Positions 33,807-38,069 of a stretch of 38,069 nt of DNA are shown here, piece by piece. Source of the DNA: Candidatus Peribacteria bacterium (GTDB lineage Bacteria; Patescibacteriota; Gracilibacteria; UBA1369; LOWO2-01-FULL-3); NCBI GenBank assembly GCA_943359415.1, contig CALRHQ010000001.1:1-38069 (forward strand), written 5' to 3'. Every line of letters starts with the position of its first letter. Position 1 is the first letter of the stretch. A program made the position numbers and the translations under genes. The notes below the pieces were generated by a model. The model saw only the letters and a list, made by a program, of their open reading frames with translations, was not told the origin of the DNA and ran no database searches.

Positions 33807-35315
33807 ATGAGAAAAATACCCGCAACAATGGCAACGCAGCATCCAGACAATGCTTCAGCGGCATATTTCACTGGAAAAAGATTTATTTCTGTTAACGATG
33901 AGATAGAAGAATGCGTCAGATCTTTCTCCGAACTGAATGTGGAAGAATATATGTGGGATTGGGAAGGGAAATTCGTAGACGAAGCGGTAATAGATAGACT
34001 TTTCAATAAATATCACAGTTTTTTTTCAAAGAAACAAATAGGCAGAGATGTATTTTTAACTTTCAGAGTTCCAAATATTTGGCTTGAGCCAAGCCACAAA
34101 CTTCCTCGTGCTTTCATGAGTATGATTACAGCAGAGAATGCTGCAAAGACTTATAAGATGCACGCTCCACCGCTTTTTGAAGTGATTTTGCCCATGACAA
34201 CAAGTGCAGATCAGCTTATTTATTTGCAAAAAACATTTTCAAAAATATCGAAAGCCACAAAAGAAATTTTTGAAATGAAATCCGATTTGAAAAGAATAGA
34301 CGTGATTCCACTTTTTGAAAAATTTGAAACACTACCGAAAATAAAATCAATTTTAAAAGAATATATCGATTTTCTTAAAAAGGAATATCACTTCAAACCT
34401 CAGTACATGCGGACTTTCACAGCGAGAAGCGATACGGCTATGAATAGCGGTTTTTTGCCTGCAAAACTTTTTTCAAAACAAGCAATAAGCCTTTATCATG
34501 AATTTGGAGAAGAAGAAAATATCAAAATGTATCCATGGGTTGGAGGTGGTGCATTGCCATTTAGAGGCGGAATAAATCCTGAAAACATAGATGCCGTTTT
34601 GGAGGAATATAAAGGAGTGGCAACGCTTACACTTCAGAGTGCATTTAGATATGATTATCCTCTGAAGGAAGTGAAAAAGGCCATCAAGAAGTTAAATGAA
34701 AAAATTCCGGAAAATAGGAAAAAATACATAAAAATCAGTGCAAAAGAGCAGGAACAATTAAATGATTTTAATAATTACGTTTCAAGATATTTCAAATCTG
34801 TTATAGAGCCGTCAGCGGAAATGATAAATCATTTAGGTAAAAAATTACCTCAAAACAGAGAACGTATACAGCATGTCGGACTCTTCGGATATTCACGCGG
34901 AGAAGGAAAAATAAAACTTCCACGCGCAATTATTTTTACCGGAGCTTTATATTCATTGGGAGTTCCTCCGGAGTTGATAGGGCAGGGAAGAGCGCTTTTG
35001 TATGCGAAGAAAAAAGGCATGTTGGATCTGATAAAACATTTATGTCCATATTTGATAGAAGATTTTAGACATGCCGGACATTACTTAAACAGAGAAAATC
35101 TTGATCTTTTATGCAAAAAAAACGACATATGGAAAGATGTAAGAGATGAGATAAAAGACATAGAAAAAATAATAGGAGTAGAAATCGGACAAGAAAAAAC
35201 GAGCCATATAATCCACAGAAATCTCACATCAAATATTTATCAACGATTAATTACTAATGAAGATTTTTCTGAAGACGCGATAAGGGCAGCGGAAATCAGG
35301 AAATCATTGGGGTAA
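33807..35315 (+). CDS. ppcA: Archaeal-type phosphoenolpyruvate carboxylase (PEPcase_2 family)
   Basis: N-terminus MRKIPATMATQHPDN is the hallmark (I/M)P..M.TQHPDN. ARSDTAMNSG, GGGALPFRGG, LQSAFRYD, PRAIIFTGALYSLGVPPELIG and a C-terminal ...RKSLG are present. ~500 aa, versus ~900 aa for bacterial Ppc. Start set at Met46 of the track ORF. Confidence 0.85.
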   Translation: MRKIPATMATQHPDNASAAYFTGKRFISVNDEIEECVRSFSELNVEEYMWDWEGKFVDEAVIDRLFNKYHSFFSKKQIGRDVFLTFRVPNIWLEPSHKLPRAFMSMITAENAAKTYKMHAPPLFEVILPMTTSADQLIYLQKTFSKISKATKEIFEMKSDLKRIDVIPLFEKFETLPKIKSILKEYIDFLKKEYHFKPQYMRTFTARSDTAMNSGFLPAKLFSKQAISLYHEFGEEENIKMYPWVGGGALPFRGGINPENIDAVLEEYKGVATLTLQSAFRYDYPLKEVKKAIKKLNEKIPENRKKYIKISAKEQEQLNDFNNYVSRYFKSVIEPSAEMINHLGKKLPQNRERIQHVGLFGYSRGEGKIKLPRAIIFTGALYSLGVPPELIGQGRALLYAKKKGMLDLIKHLCPYLIEDFRHAGHYLNRENLDLLCKKNDIWKDVRDEIKDIEKIIGVEIGQEKTSHIIHRNLTSNIYQRLITNEDFSEDAIRAAEIRKSLG

Positions 35316-35325
35316 AAATTTTAAA

Positions 35326-36528
35326 ATGCATAAAGAGAAAATATTAATCGCACTAACAGTTTTAGTAGACGTCATTGGAATTGGCATTATTATCCCTGTT
35401 TTGCCATTTTACGTGCAATCATTTGGAGCAAAGCCATCTGTGATCACTTTGCTATTTGCAGTGTTTTCACTTTTTTCATTTTTAAGTGCTCCATTTTTAG
35501 GATCACTATCTGATAAAATAGGACGAAGACCTGTTCTTATAGTCAGTATTTTATCAACAGCGATAGGATGGATAGTTTTCGCTATGGCGAATCAAATTTG
35601 GGTACTTTTCTTGGGAAGAATTATTGATGGAATGGCTGCTGGAAATTTACCAATCGCACAAAGTTATTTGACTGATATTTCAAAGAATGATAAAGAACGA
35701 ACTGAAAATATTGGCTTTATAGGGGCAATTTTCGGGATAGGATTTATCATAGGACCAATGATAGGTGGACTATTAAGCTCTGTTTCACATTCATTTCCAT
35801 TTTGGGTTGTAGGAGCACTTGCACTTATAAATTCAATACTGGTGTTTTTCTTTTTACCTGAGACAAATAAAAATATTGATAAATCAAAAAAACTTTCTTT
35901 AAATCCAATGACTCCACTGATAACAGCGGTAAAAAATAAAGAGCTTTTGCCTGCATACATAATATGGTTTTTCTTTGGAATGGCTGCGGTAGGAATGCAT
36001 TCAGTCTTTTCGTTGTTTTTGTCGCAGGCTTTCGGATATGGAGCATTTACGGCAGGAATATTTATGACAATGATAGGAGTGATTATAGCGATAAACCAAG
36101 GAGTTGCACTAAAACATTTTTGGTTAAAAAAATTCAAGGAATCAAACCTCACACTTTGGCTCATGCCAACGTTTGCAGTAGGTTACTTCATAATGGGGAT
36201 AGAAATATTACCGGTGTTCTTAGTAGGAATGGTTCTAATAACTTTTACTCAATCGGTTCTTAGAGTGACGTTAATGAGCCAAATAGCTGGCTCAGCAAAT
36301 CCAAACGAAAGAGGGGAGGTCATGGGCATTCTCGCAGCCGTAATGTCACTTAGCACGATCGCAGGACCTATTGTTGCAGGATATGTCTTTCAAGTACACG
36401 AAAGCTTACCGTTTATCTTTAGTGGAGTATATGCGCTTGTCGCATTCGGAATAATTATTTGTGTACAACGAAAACTTCAACACAAAATTTTGCCGGAAGA
36501 TATTAACGTAGCTCCTCAAGATATTTAA
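35326..36528 (+). CDS. MFS transporter (DHA1/tetracycline-efflux-like)
   Basis: 12-TM-like hydrophobicity. MFS motif A GSLSDKIGRRPVL between TM2 and TM3. Confidence 0.85.
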   Translation: MHKEKILIALTVLVDVIGIGIIIPVLPFYVQSFGAKPSVITLLFAVFSLFSFLSAPFLGSLSDKIGRRPVLIVSILSTAIGWIVFAMANQIWVLFLGRIIDGMAAGNLPIAQSYLTDISKNDKERTENIGFIGAIFGIGFIIGPMIGGLLSSVSHSFPFWVVGALALINSILVFFFLPETNKNIDKSKKLSLNPMTPLITAVKNKELLPAYIIWFFFGMAAVGMHSVFSLFLSQAFGYGAFTAGIFMTMIGVIIAINQGVALKHFWLKKFKESNLTLWLMPTFAVGYFIMGIEILPVFLVGMVLITFTQSVLRVTLMSQIAGSANPNERGEVMGILAAVMSLSTIAGPIVAGYVFQVHESLPFIFSGVYALVAFGIIICVQRKLQHKILPEDINVAPQDI

Positions 36529-37732
36529 TAGCTGCTTCTTTTTGGGTATCCTTTTTATTCTTCAAGTCTTCATCTTTCAGTTCAACAACAATGTCAGGAA
36601 TAAGGCCGACATGATTTACGCTACGTCCATTGGGCGTAAACCACTTTGCGATAGTCATTCTTATACTTGATCCATCTTCAAAACTATCCACTTCCTGAAC
36701 AGATCCTTTTCCATAAGTCTTAGTTCCCATCACAATTCCTCGTTTAAGATCTTGTACTGCACCTGCAAGAATTTCTGAGGCAGAAGCACTTCCTTCATTT
36801 ACTAAAACAATTAAAGGAACTTTTGTAAGCTTTGGATTTCCATTAGTTTTCATCATGTCGTTTTCTTTTCCACGTTGGCGAATTTCAACAGCATTAGTAT
36901 TAGCAGGCAATAAATAAGATAAAAGCTCTACAGCGCTACTTAAATAGCCACCGCCGTTATATCTCAAATCAACAATTAAACCTTTTGGTTCATCTAAAAT
37001 CATTCCAGAAATAGCTTTTCCAAATTGTTCATTTGTCTTCTCGTTAAATTGATTTACGCTCAAGTAAACAATACCACTTTTTGTTTTTTCCATAGTAACA
37101 CTATCGATTTCTATACTGTCACGGATGATAGAAACATCGAAAGTTTTATCAAGATTTTTTCTACCGATTGTAAGAGTCACGCTTGTTCCTTTTTTACCGC
37201 GAATAGCCATTATCGCATCAAAAAGAGACATGTCATTTGCAATTTTTTCATCTATTTTGTAAATAATATCTCCGGGAAGTAAACCAGCATTTTCAGCAGG
37301 ACTGCCTTTCATTGGAGTTACAATTTTTAAAAGTTTATCCTCAACTGTAAGTTCTGCCCCAATACCTTCAAGTTTTCCATCTATATTTTCTCCAAATTCT
37401 TTGCTTTCTTCAGGCGTCATGAAAACCGTATAAGGATCTTCAAACGAATTAACCAATCCTTTTATTGCACCATAAATTTTATCTTCTGAAGGAACCTTAC
37501 TTTCATCTACATATTCTTTATCAAGTTTATCCCAAATATCCCAAAAAAGATTCAAATTTTCATCATGTTCCACCTTGTCTGAAACTACTATATCTTCGCT
37601 TTTATTTGTTTCAAAAACATTGCCAAGAAGCCCGAAACTGCTTGCTTGCCATCCTACCAAAAAAGAAAAAATGGCAATAACAGATCCAACAAAAACTTTC
37701 TTTCCTGTGCCTGTATTTTCAAGTTCGTACAT
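36503..37732 (-). CDS. S41 family C-terminal processing peptidase with PDZ domain
   Basis: N-terminal TM, a PDZ domain (GSPAENAGLLPGDIIYKIDE), catalytic GSASASEI and TYGKGSVQ blocks. It overlaps the convergent MFS gene by 26 bp. Confidence 0.9.
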   Translation of the reverse strand: MYELENTGTGKKVFVGSVIAIFSFLVGWQASSFGLLGNVFETNKSEDIVVSDKVEHDENLNLFWDIWDKLDKEYVDESKVPSEDKIYGAIKGLVNSFEDPYTVFMTPEESKEFGENIDGKLEGIGAELTVEDKLLKIVTPMKGSPAENAGLLPGDIIYKIDEKIANDMSLFDAIMAIRGKKGTSVTLTIGRKNLDKTFDVSIIRDSIEIDSVTMEKTKSGIVYLSVNQFNEKTNEQFGKAISGMILDEPKGLIVDLRYNGGGYLSSAVELLSYLLPANTNAVEIRQRGKENDMMKTNGNPKLTKVPLIVLVNEGSASASEILAGAVQDLKRGIVMGTKTYGKGSVQEVDSFEDGSSIRMTIAKWFTPNGRSVNHVGLIPDIVVELKDEDLKNKKDTQKEAAIKYLEELR

Positions 37733-37741
37733 AAGAAAATT

Positions 37742-38069
37742 TTAGCTTATTTTTCGAAGTGGCGCAACGCTTATAGCAAGTTTCTTTACACCTATTTTTG
37801 GATCTTCGAAGGCAACAGTTGCGACTCCACCTGTTACGTTGACAATTATTCCACCACCGAAAACCAAATGTGCAACTCTATCTCCTGACGAAAGTTCTAT
37901 ATCAACGCCTTTATCAAGTTCAACAGGTACAGGTCGTCTTTCAATATCTGAGATAGAGAAATGTTTTCTCGTAGAATTTTGTCCGTAATTTCTATCTACA
38001 AGAGCTGCATCAATATCTTCCAAAAATTGAGAAGGAATATTGGCTTTGGATTCTCCATAAAGCATTCTT
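37742..38069 (-). CDS. UvrD/PcrA-family helicase, C-terminal fragment (5' end outside the window)
   Basis: ...PSQFLEDID, then a C-terminal Tudor-like GDRVAHLVFGGGIIVNV..GG.ATVAFED..IGVKKL pattern typical of PcrA/UvrD C-termini. The frame stays open to the window edge. Confidence 0.65.
   Translation of the reverse strand, partial: RMLYGESKANIPSQFLEDIDAALVDRNYGQNSTRKHFSISDIERRPVPVELDKGVDIELSSGDRVAHLVFGGGIIVNVTGGVATVAFEDPKIGVKKLAISVAPLRKIS

Noticed and set aside
35664-36164. 166-aa minus-strand ORF inside the MFS transporter gene, and similar antisense ORFs inside guaA, lysS, dnaB, comM, argS and the Cys-rich genes
   Set aside because: These are shadow ORFs opposite strongly supported genes in AT-rich DNA. 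None has a recognisable motif.

Overview
AT-rich, tightly packed chromosomal segment; neighbouring genes often overlap by 1-26 bp. I call 36 CDS (two run off the window edges) and two tRNA-Ser genes. I see no rRNA, CRISPR array, transposase or integrase. The standard code (11) fits, because TGA closes several well-supported genes. Content is mostly housekeeping: ybeY, SpoU/TrmH methylase, murI, murA, guaA, lysS, argS, dnaB, comM, yraN, S41 protease, and a UvrD/PcrA C-terminus. Interspersed are Gram-positive-style surface proteins: an FG-GAP+SLH protein, an SLH protein, and an FN3 protein with an LAETG sorting signal. Small size, low GC and gene content suggest a reduced-genome bacterium, possibly CPR/Patescibacteria (inference only). 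Signals that ordinary annotation does not explain: (1) Both tRNA-Ser genes are followed by a shared ~50-60 nt module. It ends in an exact 19-nt copy of the cognate tRNA's own T-loop/acceptor/CCA 3' end and sits just upstream of a co-directional CDS. (2) An ~86% GC 22-mer repeat family lies in a roughly one-third-GC background. It occurs at two loci, and is tandem upstream of tRNA-Ser(UGA). (3) At least 14 TGTCTA/TAGACA hexamers, including 12-bp palindromes, span the promoter and 5' coding part of a gene for an HTH + coiled-coil + C-terminal TM protein. (4) Two paralogous ~530-aa Cys-rich zinc-ribbon proteins of unknown function; one has an in-frame TAA in its N-terminal ribbon. (5) A PAP2 phosphatase is fused in frame to a class-2-like dihydroorotate dehydrogenase that carries a class-1-type SCPN active-site loop. 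(6) An archaeal-type PEP carboxylase. All functional interpretations of these are hypotheses and need genome-wide, comparative or experimental checks.
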